From positions 1-32,000 of the forward strand of contig NZ_LGHJ01000003.1 of assembly GCF_001306055.1 (NCBI RefSeq): a stretch of DNA of 32,000 nt, read 5' to 3'. Below the pieces are notes generated by a model, which saw only the letters and a list, made by a program, of their open reading frames with translations, was not told where the DNA came from and searched no databases. Made by a program: the position numbers and the translations under genes. Shown here piece after piece: positions 9,514 to 18,163 of this stretch (within the stretch, counting starts at the first letter, position 1; each line of letters starts with the position of its first letter). This DNA comes from Bellilinea caldifistulae (lineage in GTDB: Bacteria; Chloroflexota; Anaerolineae; Anaerolineales; Anaerolineaceae).

Positions 9514-10211
9514 ATCGAATGCAGCCTTCCAGCCCCCCTTCCGAACTTGCCGGGCGTGCTGCTGAAATTCACCGGCGTCTGCTGGAAGTTTACGGGCGAC
9601 CCGAGTGGCGCCAGCCTTTACGGCCGTTGGATGAACTGGTTTCCACCATCCTTTCCCAAAACACCAACGACCGCAACCGGGATGCGGCTTTCGAGGCGCT
9701 CAAAGCCCGTTTTCCGAGCTGGGAAGCGGTGCGGGATGCACCGGCCGGGGAGGTTATTGAAGCCATCCGTCCGGCCGGGCTGGCCAATCAGAAAGGGCCG
9801 CGCATTCAGGCCGTCCTGCGCCAGATTACCGCCGAACGCGGACAGCTGGATCTGGACTTTTTGCGCGACTACCCACCCGAAGAGGCTCACGCCTGGCTGA
9901 TGCGTTTCAACGGGGTGGGACGCAAAACGGCGGCAATTGTGCTGCAATTTGCGCTGGACAAACCCGCTTTCCCGGTGGATACCCACATCTACCGCGTCAG
10001 CGGCCGGTTGGGGTTGAGGCCTGAGGGCATGACGGTGGAACAGGCGCATGACCATCTGGCGGCTCTGTTTCCGCCGGAAGATTACGGAGCAGCCCATCTC
10101 AACCTGATTCGGCTGGGGCGGGAAGTCTGCCACGCCCGCAAACCGGCCTGTCCGCGTTGTCCACTGCGCGATTTATGCCCGTACCCGACCAAAACCGGGG
10201 CGCTTTCCTGA
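9504..10211 (+). CDS. nth: Endonuclease III-like HhH-GPD DNA glycosylase with a 4Fe-4S cluster loop
   Basis: HhH motif FNGVGRKTAAIVL; catalytic Asp context PVDTHIYRV; C-terminal C-x6-C-x2-C-x5-C (CHARKPACPRCPLRDLC). Overlaps the upstream gene by 10 nt. Confidence 0.85.
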   Translation: MGLNRMQPSSPPSELAGRAAEIHRRLLEVYGRPEWRQPLRPLDELVSTILSQNTNDRNRDAAFEALKARFPSWEAVRDAPAGEVIEAIRPAGLANQKGPRIQAVLRQITAERGQLDLDFLRDYPPEEAHAWLMRFNGVGRKTAAIVLQFALDKPAFPVDTHIYRVSGRLGLRPEGMTVEQAHDHLAALFPPEDYGAAHLNLIRLGREVCHARKPACPRCPLRDLCPYPTKTGALS

Positions 10212-10378
10212 ACAAATGAGACAGTCAAAAGCCGGAGCGGTCATGGTGGCAACGCAGCGAGCTGACCCAGCGCTGGAGCCTCCTCGCTTTGCTCGGAGTG
10301 ACAGTTATCTTTGCAAATGCCACCGCGGGTAGCGGGACCTGCTGATTATTGAACGGTAAACAGGATCCCGAATTGAGT

Positions 10379-11203
10379 TTACTTTGCAGCCAGTCCGACC
10401 GCGGCGCGGAAAGCGCGGTAGGCTTCCAGCATATCCGCGGCGCGGTAAGCCAGCCGCCGCCCGTCCAGGCGCTGGCTGCCGGGCAGCAGGGCGGCGTTAT
10501 CGGTCATCTGCGGGTAGTGAAACTCGATTTCGAGGTTGACCGGCGTATCCACGCGCAGGGGGGGTGGAGCGTCCCCGGCTATCAGCCGGCGGACGGCCCG
10601 CTCGGCCGTTTCGCGGATGACACGGCGGGCGGTTTCCAGCGGAAGGCACTGCGCGCTCATCCTTCCGCCGGCAGTTTTGACCACTGCCGTTTCGATGCCG
10701 TTGACCCATTCGGCGGCTTCGGCGCAGACCGCCTGATCGCCGGAGACCATCAAGACCGGCACGCCAAAATGCCCGCACACGGCTGCATTGAGGCCGAACT
10801 CGCCCACCAGTCGGCCGTTCAGCCAGACATTGAAAACCCGCACGCTCGACCAGGTGTGATCCAGAATGGCGTTTTGCGTGCCGGCCCGGGCATGATAGCC
10901 GATGAACAGGGCAGCATCAACCCCCTGATCCACACCGTCCACCATGCCCCAAGGGGTGGGGCTGCCGGAAAATAACTGGGCGCGCGGATCGAGTTCCTCA
11001 ATGAGAATGTTACTGCCGTTCCAGTGACCATCGGCGACAATGAAATCGGTTGTGCCGGCGGCGGCTGCGCCCTGAATGGCGGCGTTGACATCCCCGGTCA
11101 GCAGGCGACGGAAACGGGCGTATTCGGCGTGGCTGGGGTCGGTCTGGTCGAAATTCACCACGCCAGAAGCCCCTTCCATGTCGGTTGCAATCAGGATTTT
11201 CAT
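10379..11203 (-). CDS. Peptidase M55 family (DppA-type D-aminopeptidase)
   Basis: MKILIATDMEGASGV, LFIGYHARAG, GEFGLNAAVCGHFGVPVLMVSGD and DMLEAYRA all align with B. subtilis DppA blocks as I recall them. It is the last gene of the minus-strand operon, 27 nt after the SIS gene. Confidence 0.85.
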   Translation of the reverse strand: MKILIATDMEGASGVVNFDQTDPSHAEYARFRRLLTGDVNAAIQGAAAAGTTDFIVADGHWNGSNILIEELDPRAQLFSGSPTPWGMVDGVDQGVDAALFIGYHARAGTQNAILDHTWSSVRVFNVWLNGRLVGEFGLNAAVCGHFGVPVLMVSGDQAVCAEAAEWVNGIETAVVKTAGGRMSAQCLPLETARRVIRETAERAVRRLIAGDAPPPLRVDTPVNLEIEFHYPQMTDNAALLPGSQRLDGRRLAYRAADMLEAYRAFRAAVGLAAK

Positions 11204-11230
11204 CAGGTTAACTCCGTTTTTTTTCTTATT

Positions 11231-12271
11231 TTATTCCTGAAGCACAACCTTGCCCAGATGACGGAACTGTCCCGGCTCATAACCGCGCAGTTCAGCCAGT
11301 ACAATGCTCAACACCTGCACGGGTAAAATCTCCAGCACGGGGCGGGTGAGCGGTTGGGAGGGTGGAATCAGCCAGGCGGGTAAGTCGGGTTCGGGTTGGG
11401 TATCAATCCAGACGGCATGGCCGCCGTGGTGCAGGATGTCCCTTGCCAGATTGAGGTTCAGGCTGCGGGCGGGCTCATCACCGCCAAACACCCCTGCATA
11501 AAACTGTTCGTCCACCAGTTCGAACGGCCCGTGGCGGAACTGCGCCGCACTCATCCCCTCGGCAGGGAATTTGGCGGCTTCTTTCAACACCAGCGCCCCG
11601 TTGAAAACCGCCGCCAGCGAACCGCCCCGTCCGACCAGCAGCAAGTTTTGCAGGTTTTTGGCAAGCCCGGAGATAATCTGGCGGTGCTCGTCCAGCCTTC
11701 CGAGATAACTCTCGGCAGCATCGGCGGCTGCGTAGAAGGCATCCAGTGCAGGCCCGATCGGCTCGTCCAGCATCTGGGTGGCAGCCAGCCCCATGACGGC
11801 CAGGGTGTTCAGGTACGTGCGGGTGCTGACGGTGGATTCTGCCCCGGCGTTGAGCGGCAGCAGGAAATCGGCTGCTGTGGCAAGCGGACTGTCGGTTTCA
11901 TTGGTCACTGCCAGCATGGCGGCCGGCCGGTTTTCGCGGCAAATTTCCAGCAGGCGCACAATTTCGGCGCTGCGCCCGGATTGCGAGACCACCCACAAGA
12001 GTGTCTTAGGGGTGATCTGTGAGGCGGAAAAATGAGCCAGTTCACCCGTTTCGACCCAGAGGATTGGGAGGGGTAAGGCGCTCAACCGCAATACGGCCGG
12101 ATACGAACCATTCAGGGATGCTCCCATGCCGGTGATTAAGATACGGTCAAACTTTCCGGCGCGGACGGCCTGAACAATTGAGCTCAACAATTGCACCGGA
12201 TAGCCCTGCAACGCCGCGCGCAGGGCATCGGGTTGGGAAAGAATATCTTGCACATACGGGTTGTTGTTCAT
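11231..12271 (-). CDS. Double-SIS-domain sugar-phosphate isomerase/deglycase (GlmS-isomerase-like; FrlB / NagB-II / AgaS superfamily)
   Basis: 346 aa with GlmS C-terminal-like blocks: ITGMGASLNGS, VSQSGRSAEIV, AGAESTVSTRTYLNTL and LVGRGGSLAAVFNGALVLKEAAKFPAEGMSAAQFRHGPFELVD. There is no glutaminase domain. Confidence 0.8.
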   Translation of the reverse strand: MNNNPYVQDILSQPDALRAALQGYPVQLLSSIVQAVRAGKFDRILITGMGASLNGSYPAVLRLSALPLPILWVETGELAHFSASQITPKTLLWVVSQSGRSAEIVRLLEICRENRPAAMLAVTNETDSPLATAADFLLPLNAGAESTVSTRTYLNTLAVMGLAATQMLDEPIGPALDAFYAAADAAESYLGRLDEHRQIISGLAKNLQNLLLVGRGGSLAAVFNGALVLKEAAKFPAEGMSAAQFRHGPFELVDEQFYAGVFGGDEPARSLNLNLARDILHHGGHAVWIDTQPEPDLPAWLIPPSQPLTRPVLEILPVQVLSIVLAELRGYEPGQFRHLGKVVLQE

Positions 12272-12276
12272 GTTGA

Positions 12277-13242
12277 TTATCCTCTGATTTGCTGCCAGAT
12301 AGCCCTCGCCGCGCCGAGTACGCCGGCTTTGTTGCCCAGTGAGGCCGGTGTAATCCGAACGCGGCGGGTGGGAACGACCACATCATGTTGAGAAAGCACC
12401 TGTAAAATGTGCGGGATAAACAAATCGTAGTTCTTCATCACCCCACCGCCCAGGGCAATACATTCGGGCAGGTAAAATAAAAGAACATTGACCAATCCCA
12501 GACCGAGGTAGGTGGCTGCCTCGCGGATGATTTGTTGTGCCAGCCGGTCTCCCTGACGGGCGGCTTCAACGACCTGGACGGCATCAAGGGGGTGGCCGTT
12601 CTGTTCGAGCCGCGCCAGCAAACTTTCGGGGTACTGCGGAATTGCACGGCGGGCGCTTTCAACGATTGCCGGGCCAGAAACGAGGCTCTCCAGGCAGCCT
12701 CTTGCACCGCAATAACAGGGAGGGCCGTTCGGGTCGAGTACCTGATGACCGGCTTCGGGATGCTCGCCGTCCATGCCGCGGTAAATATGCCCGTCAAGAA
12801 TGAAAGCGCTGCCGACCCCCGTGCCGACCGTCACCAGTGCAAAGCGGGAAGTGCCCTTGCCCGAACCGAGCCAGGCTTCTCCCAGGGCAGCGGCGTCTGC
12901 ATCGTTTTCCATGATGAGCGGCGCGTCAAACGCCCGGCTTAGCGGGGTGCGGACATCCACATTTTCCCAGCCGGGCAGGGTGTAGGGGTTTTGGATGAAG
13001 CCGTTTTCGCGGTCAAGCGGACCGGTGCTGCCAAAGCCAATTCCGGCGATCTGCTTGATCCCGGCCTGTTCCATCACCTGATGGATCAGATTTTGAATCC
13101 GCAAAATTCCCTGTTCTACGCCGCGGGCTGCCTCAATCGGCGCCTGAGCCCAGGCTTTGATTTCTCCCCGCCGGCTGACAACCGCCGCACGGACGTTGGT
13201 ACCGCCCAGATCAATGCCAACAACAAATTCTTCCTGGCTCAT
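12277..13242 (-). CDS. ROK family sugar kinase
   Basis: GIDLGGTNVR, ENDADAAALGE, VGTGVGSAFI, and a Zn motif HPEAGH...CYCGARGCLE. Its start overlaps the upstream permease stop as ATGA. Confidence 0.9.
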   Translation of the reverse strand: MSQEEFVVGIDLGGTNVRAAVVSRRGEIKAWAQAPIEAARGVEQGILRIQNLIHQVMEQAGIKQIAGIGFGSTGPLDRENGFIQNPYTLPGWENVDVRTPLSRAFDAPLIMENDADAAALGEAWLGSGKGTSRFALVTVGTGVGSAFILDGHIYRGMDGEHPEAGHQVLDPNGPPCYCGARGCLESLVSGPAIVESARRAIPQYPESLLARLEQNGHPLDAVQVVEAARQGDRLAQQIIREAATYLGLGLVNVLLFYLPECIALGGGVMKNYDLFIPHILQVLSQHDVVVPTRRVRITPASLGNKAGVLGAARAIWQQIRG

Positions 13243-14099
13243 CCCTTAACCGCTCCGGCAGAAAGTCCACTGACGATGAAACGCTGGAAGATCAAAGCCA
13301 GAAGTACCGGCGGCAGGGCCGCCAGAATACCGCCGGTCATCATCGCGGTAATATCCACCGCATAACGCCCGGTAAACTCGGCAATGGCAACCGGAACGGT
13401 TTTAGCGGCGACGGTACTGGTGAAAATCAGAGCAAAGAAAAATTCGTCCCATGCCAGTAAGAAGGTGAACAAGGCCGTGGAGATGATGCCCGGCGCTGCC
13501 ACCGGAATGACGACACGGAAGAGCGTATTCAGGCGGGAACTGCCATCAATCAAGGCGGCGTCTTCCAGCTCTTCCGGCACGGTTTCAAAAAAGGTGGTCA
13601 GCATCCAGATGGTAAAGGGCAGGGCAAAACTCAGGTAGGTGAGTATCAGCACAATCGGTTTGTTCAGAATACTCAAGCGGGCGGCGATGATGTACAGAGG
13701 GATGACCAGAGAAATTTCGGGGATCATCCGGACACTCAGCACGCCAAAAAACACCGCATTGCGGAATGGCAGCCGCAAACGCGCCAGCGCGTATGCTGCC
13801 AGCGAGCCGATTACCAGCGAGATGACGGTGGTGGTCAGCGCTACCAGCAGGGAATTGCCCAGCGTGATTTTGAAAGTGCGGGCAACTTCGGAGACGGCTG
13901 TGCCCGGCACGAGAATATCCAGATAATTTTTTAGGGTGGGGTGTTCGGGAATCCAGCGCGGCGGGGTGGCCAGCAGGTCGGCGCGGGTGGAAATGCTGGC
14001 CAGAAAGAGCCATGCAATCGGAGCGTAGATGACTAGCAGCGCCAGCAGGGTCAACAAAAAGTAGAGGACTTTACTGCCGATTTGACGGGATGTGTTCAT
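13239..14099 (-). CDS. Carbohydrate ABC transporter permease (CUT1, MalG-like)
   Basis: Six-helix hydrophobic profile and EAA loop EDAALIDGSSRLNTLFRVVIPVAAPG. Confidence 0.9.
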   Translation of the reverse strand: MNTSRQIGSKVLYFLLTLLALLVIYAPIAWLFLASISTRADLLATPPRWIPEHPTLKNYLDILVPGTAVSEVARTFKITLGNSLLVALTTTVISLVIGSLAAYALARLRLPFRNAVFFGVLSVRMIPEISLVIPLYIIAARLSILNKPIVLILTYLSFALPFTIWMLTTFFETVPEELEDAALIDGSSRLNTLFRVVIPVAAPGIISTALFTFLLAWDEFFFALIFTSTVAAKTVPVAIAEFTGRYAVDITAMMTGGILAALPPVLLALIFQRFIVSGLSAGAVKG

Positions 14100-15013
14100 C
14101 AGCGCAAATCCTCCCGGTACAGGAGTCGGATGTACAGTAAAGCCATGATCAGCGTAAAGGCTGAAATGAGAAACGAGAGAGCCGCGCCTCCGCCCAGCCG
14201 TCCGTATGAAAACGATTCAAGATAGGTAAGATAAGAGATGGTCACAGTGCCAAAAGCCGGTCCTCCCTGGGTGATGACATAAATAATGTCGAACACGCGA
14301 AAAGCCTCTACCGTGCGAATGACCAGCGCCACCAGGATGGCGGGTTGTAAAAGCGGGAAGCGGATTTTCCAGAACCGCTGCCAGACGTTGGCGCCGTCAA
14401 CGGCGGCGGCTTCTTCCAGTTCGCGGGGTATGGTTGCCAGGGCTGCCTGCAAGATCAGCGCAATGAAAGGCACCGAATGCCAGATATCGGCAACAATGAC
14501 CAGATTCATGGCCGTCACCGGCTCGGAAAGCCAGGCTCTGTAGCGGTCAATGATGCCTAACTGGTACAGTAAACCGTTCAGGGCGCCATAATCGGCGTTG
14601 TAGATCCAGCGCCACATAGCCCCGTTGACGATGGTCGGGATTGCCCAGGGGATGATCAGGCTGGTGCGCAGAAATTGCCAGCCAAACGGGCGGGCATGAA
14701 TGAGTAATGCCAGCCCCATACCCAGAATTAATTCAGCGCCAACCGAGACAACGGTAAAGTAGAGCGTGCGGCGAATGGCTGCCCAGAAAACCGGGTTGGA
14801 AAGAAAATAAAGATAATTACGAAAGCCGACGAAACCCTGCGGCGCCGGATTGGAGATGGGTGTTTCGGTGAAACTGAGGACAAAGGTGTAAATAATCGGG
14901 AACAGGGTAATGCCGAAGATCACCAGTAAACCGGGCAGGATCAGCCAGAAGCCATCCCGCAGCCGTTGCTGGGTAAGGGTCATCGCATTTGGTTTGACCG
15001 CTGGAATACTCAT
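14099..15013 (-). CDS. Carbohydrate ABC transporter permease (CUT1, MalF-like)
   Basis: EAA loop EEAAAVDGANVWQRFWKIRFPLLQP. The ORF-track start is TTG 15016, and the ATG at 15013 is more likely. Its stop overlaps the next gene's start (TGATG). Confidence 0.9.
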   Translation of the reverse strand: MSIPAVKPNAMTLTQQRLRDGFWLILPGLLVIFGITLFPIIYTFVLSFTETPISNPAPQGFVGFRNYLYFLSNPVFWAAIRRTLYFTVVSVGAELILGMGLALLIHARPFGWQFLRTSLIIPWAIPTIVNGAMWRWIYNADYGALNGLLYQLGIIDRYRAWLSEPVTAMNLVIVADIWHSVPFIALILQAALATIPRELEEAAAVDGANVWQRFWKIRFPLLQPAILVALVIRTVEAFRVFDIIYVITQGGPAFGTVTISYLTYLESFSYGRLGGGAALSFLISAFTLIMALLYIRLLYREDLR

Positions 15014-15030
15014 CAATAAAACTCGTCCAT

Positions 15031-15073
15031 AAAAAAGGGGGGCGGGGAAAGAGGGGATTGATTTCCCCGCCCC
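15031..15073 (-). terminator. Intrinsic terminator/attenuator inside the operon, directly after the binding-protein gene
   Basis: On the minus strand, GGGGCGGGGAAA (15073-15062) pairs perfectly with TTTCCCCGCCCC (15050-15039) around an 11-nt loop. It is followed by CC and a TTTTTT run (15036-15031). Confidence 0.6.
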
Positions 15074-15091
15074 ATTGCCGGAAGCGGTTAA

Positions 15092-16390
15092 TTATTTGGT
15101 AGCCAGTTCGTTCCACTTGGCAGCGGCATCATTCAATGCCTGAGCCGGGCTCTTTTGTTTGGTCAGGGCTTCCTGCAAAGCCAGCTGGAGGGCTTTGGAA
15201 AATTCCGGATAGAACGGCACTTTGGGGCGCACATGCGCATAGACGATTTGGGCGCTGAAAGCCGGCACCGTCACCGGGTTGGATTCGTTCAGCGATTTCA
15301 ACTCTTCCAGCGCCTGTCCTTCGTAATTGCCGCTCCAGACGGGCAGAAGATGGGCAGAGTACTCTTTCTGAATCGGCTCGCTGGTCAGGAACTTGACGTA
15401 CTCCCAGGCCTCTTCGCGGTTGGGCGATTTATCAATCACCGAAAAGCCCATCGAGCCGTTGATGGTGGCGCTGGGTACGCCGCTGCCTTTGAACGCCGGC
15501 ACCAGTCCAAGTCCGACTTTGCCCACCACCTGTGATTCGTCAGGATTGAGGGCGGCTAAATCGTACATGTACAGCCAGTTGAGCGCGAAGGCGGCCTTGC
15601 CCTGGGAAAAGACGTTGCGCACATCTTCCTCCACATACGAAATGGAAGCCGGATTGGACAGGCCTTCGTCAACCGTCTTGACCATCCACTCGACCACCTG
15701 GACGCCTTTCTCATTGTTGAAAGCGGGATTGCCGTTGCTGTCCACAAAGGTGCCACCATTGCCGTAGAGCAGGGCGACAAAGTCGCAGATGGCTGCTTCG
15801 GCCTGCGCCCACGACCAGACAATCGGATACTCCACCAGACCCATTTCTTTGATCTTGCGGCTGGCTTCAATCAGGTCTTCCCATGTCTGGGGAACATCAA
15901 CGCCGGCTTTTTCCAGAATTTCGGTGTTGTAGTAGAAGTACTTCTGGTCTAAAAGCCACGGCATGCCGTAAATCCGCCCGTTGACCGAGGTAATGTCCCA
16001 GGCGGTGGAGAATACTTCCTGCTTGGTGTTCTGGTCAATTTTGTCGGTCACATCCCAAAGGTAACCGTTCTTGACGAACTCGGCATACCAGATGTCATCT
16101 ACCAGGACGACATCGTAAGAGGGTGGATTGGTCGCCATGGCGGTGACGATTTTATCGTGAAGGGCGTCGTAGGAAACATACTCGATTTCAACCTTGACAT
16201 TTGGAGAAGACTGGTTGAACTTGGCGACGATGGCGTTCATCTCCTCCGGGGTGGGGCCGGCTTGCTGCATGGCCAGCACCTTGACGACTTTCGGCCCGCT
16301 CGCCTGCTGTGGAGACGCGCATCCGGCTGCGCTCATCACCACCAGAGCAAGCAAAACCACCACAAAAACAAGACGACTTACTGCACGCAT
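15092..16390 (-). CDS. Extracellular solute-binding protein, family 1 (CUT1 sugar ABC), lipoprotein
   Basis: Signal peptide with a lipobox (VVMSAAGC). 432 aa with the general composition and length of SBP_bac_1 proteins. Strong SD AAGGAGGAAGG directly upstream. Confidence 0.85.
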   Translation of the reverse strand: MRAVSRLVFVVVLLALVVMSAAGCASPQQASGPKVVKVLAMQQAGPTPEEMNAIVAKFNQSSPNVKVEIEYVSYDALHDKIVTAMATNPPSYDVVLVDDIWYAEFVKNGYLWDVTDKIDQNTKQEVFSTAWDITSVNGRIYGMPWLLDQKYFYYNTEILEKAGVDVPQTWEDLIEASRKIKEMGLVEYPIVWSWAQAEAAICDFVALLYGNGGTFVDSNGNPAFNNEKGVQVVEWMVKTVDEGLSNPASISYVEEDVRNVFSQGKAAFALNWLYMYDLAALNPDESQVVGKVGLGLVPAFKGSGVPSATINGSMGFSVIDKSPNREEAWEYVKFLTSEPIQKEYSAHLLPVWSGNYEGQALEELKSLNESNPVTVPAFSAQIVYAHVRPKVPFYPEFSKALQLALQEALTKQKSPAQALNDAAAKWNELATK

Positions 16391-16435
16391 ACCTTCCTCC
16401 TTATGGATGTTGAAAAGTGGAATTAAAGTGGGGCT

Positions 16436-17170
16436 TTACCCAATGTATTGCCGTCCGGTGTAAAAGGTGAAGTTTTTGCCGCTGTACACAGAGCGCACGT
16501 ACTCGATGACGGTCATCGTCTCGGTGTAGGTGTGGCGCAGGGCAATTAACACCGGTTCACCCGGACGGATGGCGAGATGGGCTGCCAGCGCTTCATCAGC
16601 GGCGGCGGCTTCCAGCTCGGCATCTGCCCAGGTGGGATGGAGATTGTACTCGCTGCGCAGGACTTCAAACAGCGAGCGCTTTTCAAGGTCAAACTGCTCC
16701 AAGCCGGGACACAGGCTGGCGGGCAGATAGGCATCTTCGTAGGCTACCGGCTCATCGTTGACCAGGCGGATGCGTTCCAATCGGTAGACGGCAATACCGG
16801 CCGGCAGGTTCAACTCAGCCCGCAGATTAGTTTTTGGCTGGATGCGGCGGATTTGAAGCAGGCGAGATGAGGGGGTCATGCCGCGCGCGCGGATATCCTC
16901 GCTAAACGAGCGGAACCCCGAAAGTTCGCGAATGCGGGTTTGGGCTACAAAGGTGCCTTTGCCTTGCAGCGAATAGACATAGCCCTGTTGAATGAGATTG
17001 TTGATTGCCCGCCGGGCGGTGATGCGGCTGACATTGAACTGGCGGGAAAGTTCGCTCTCGGAGGGGAGTTTATCGCCCGGTTTGAGCAGGTTGTGGCGTA
17101 TCTGGCGGAGCAGTTCCTGCTCAACCTGCTGGTACAGCGGTCTGGTCGTTTGTCGGATGGGTGTGACCAT
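16436..17170 (-). CDS. GntR-family transcriptional regulator, HutC subfamily (wHTH + UTRA effector domain)
   Basis: LPSESELSRQFNVSRITARRAINNLIQQGYVYSLQGKGTFV is the GntR wHTH. The ~160-aa C-terminal region is UTRA-like. It lies 45 nt upstream of the binding-protein gene on the same strand. Confidence 0.9.
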   Translation of the reverse strand: MVTPIRQTTRPLYQQVEQELLRQIRHNLLKPGDKLPSESELSRQFNVSRITARRAINNLIQQGYVYSLQGKGTFVAQTRIRELSGFRSFSEDIRARGMTPSSRLLQIRRIQPKTNLRAELNLPAGIAVYRLERIRLVNDEPVAYEDAYLPASLCPGLEQFDLEKRSLFEVLRSEYNLHPTWADAELEAAAADEALAAHLAIRPGEPVLIALRHTYTETMTVIEYVRSVYSGKNFTFYTGRQYIG

Positions 17171-17217
17171 AATTCAATACAGGATGAATTCTAGCTATAC
17201 TTATTATACTTATTATA
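17171..17217. promoter_or_regulatory. Candidate operator/promoter elements in the AT-rich divergent region (GntR gene vs hydrolase gene)
   Basis: Inverted repeat AATTCA-N8-TGAATT (17171-17190) abuts the GntR start codon. A tandem 9-mer TATACTTAT x2 plus TATA sits at 17196-17217. On the minus strand this reads TATAATAAG x2, which gives two TATAAT boxes. Confidence 0.35.
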
Positions 17218-17337
17218 ACAAGTTTTTCGATGTTCACAAGGTGCCGTTTTGATGTTTTGAAATAGATTTTTCTATAAAACATTACCCGCGGCTTGAAACG
17301 GGAGTATACTGAGTTTTGGATTTGAGGGAAATCAGTC

Positions 17338-18156
17338 ATGCCGCAACTATTTTACGGACACATTCTCTCGGATGGGGTACGCATTCAATATTATCGTACC
17401 GGTGGGCAAAAACCACCGATCATTTTACTGCACGGTTTGAGCGACAATGCCCTGTGCTGGAACCGCGTGCCGCTGGTTTTGGAAGTGGAGTTTGATGTCA
17501 TTCTGATGGATGCGCGCGGGCATGGCTCTTCCGGGCTGGATGAGCGCGGGGCTTCACCGCTGGTTCAGGCTCAGGATGTCTGTACCCTGATCGAAACGCT
17601 CCAATTGCACAGGCCAATCCTGATCGGTCATTCGATGGGGGCGGTAACGGCGGCGTTGACCGCCGCTCAACTGCCAAAGGTGGTGCGGGGAGTGGTTTTG
17701 GAAGATCCGCCGTGGCAGGAAATTGGCAGCGGCGATGGGGCGCGGCGCGAGAAAAAACTGGGCGACTGGCGCGAATGGCTGACCAGCCTGAAACAAAAGT
17801 CTCTGGAAGAGATTATCGCCGAGGGCAAACGACTCAATCCGCTTTGGGATGAAAGCGAATTTTTCCAATGGGCAAAAGCCAAACAGCAGGTCAAACTGGA
17901 AGCACTGAACTGGATTGTCCAGCCCCAGCCCGAATGGTCTGAGATTGTCCCGCAAATTGCCTGTCCGGGATTGATCATCACCGGCGAACCGTCTTTGGGG
18001 GCTGTGCTTACGCCGCCGGTGATTCGCCAGATCGAGAAGGCATGGCGCAAAAGCAAAACGGTGCGCATTGCGGCTGCTGGTCACAATGTGCACCGGGAAG
18101 CTTATATGAACTTTTTGCGGGAAGTAGCCGCATTTATCAAGCGGCTGGGTAAATAA
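17338..18156 (+). CDS. Alpha/beta-fold hydrolase
   Basis: HG oxyanion motif (ILLHGLSDN), nucleophile elbow GHSMGA, and C-terminal AGHNVHRE (catalytic His context). 272 aa. Confidence 0.85.
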   Translation: MPQLFYGHILSDGVRIQYYRTGGQKPPIILLHGLSDNALCWNRVPLVLEVEFDVILMDARGHGSSGLDERGASPLVQAQDVCTLIETLQLHRPILIGHSMGAVTAALTAAQLPKVVRGVVLEDPPWQEIGSGDGARREKKLGDWREWLTSLKQKSLEEIIAEGKRLNPLWDESEFFQWAKAKQQVKLEALNWIVQPQPEWSEIVPQIACPGLIITGEPSLGAVLTPPVIRQIEKAWRKSKTVRIAAAGHNVHREAYMNFLREVAAFIKRLGK

Positions 18157-18163
18157 GAACCGC

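Noticed and set aside
13239-16390. Missing ATP-binding subunit in the sugar ABC operon, which could indicate a decayed or pseudogenised transporter
   Set aside because: CUT1-family operons commonly lack their own ATPase and use a shared MsiK/MalK-type protein encoded elsewhere. All three genes present are intact.
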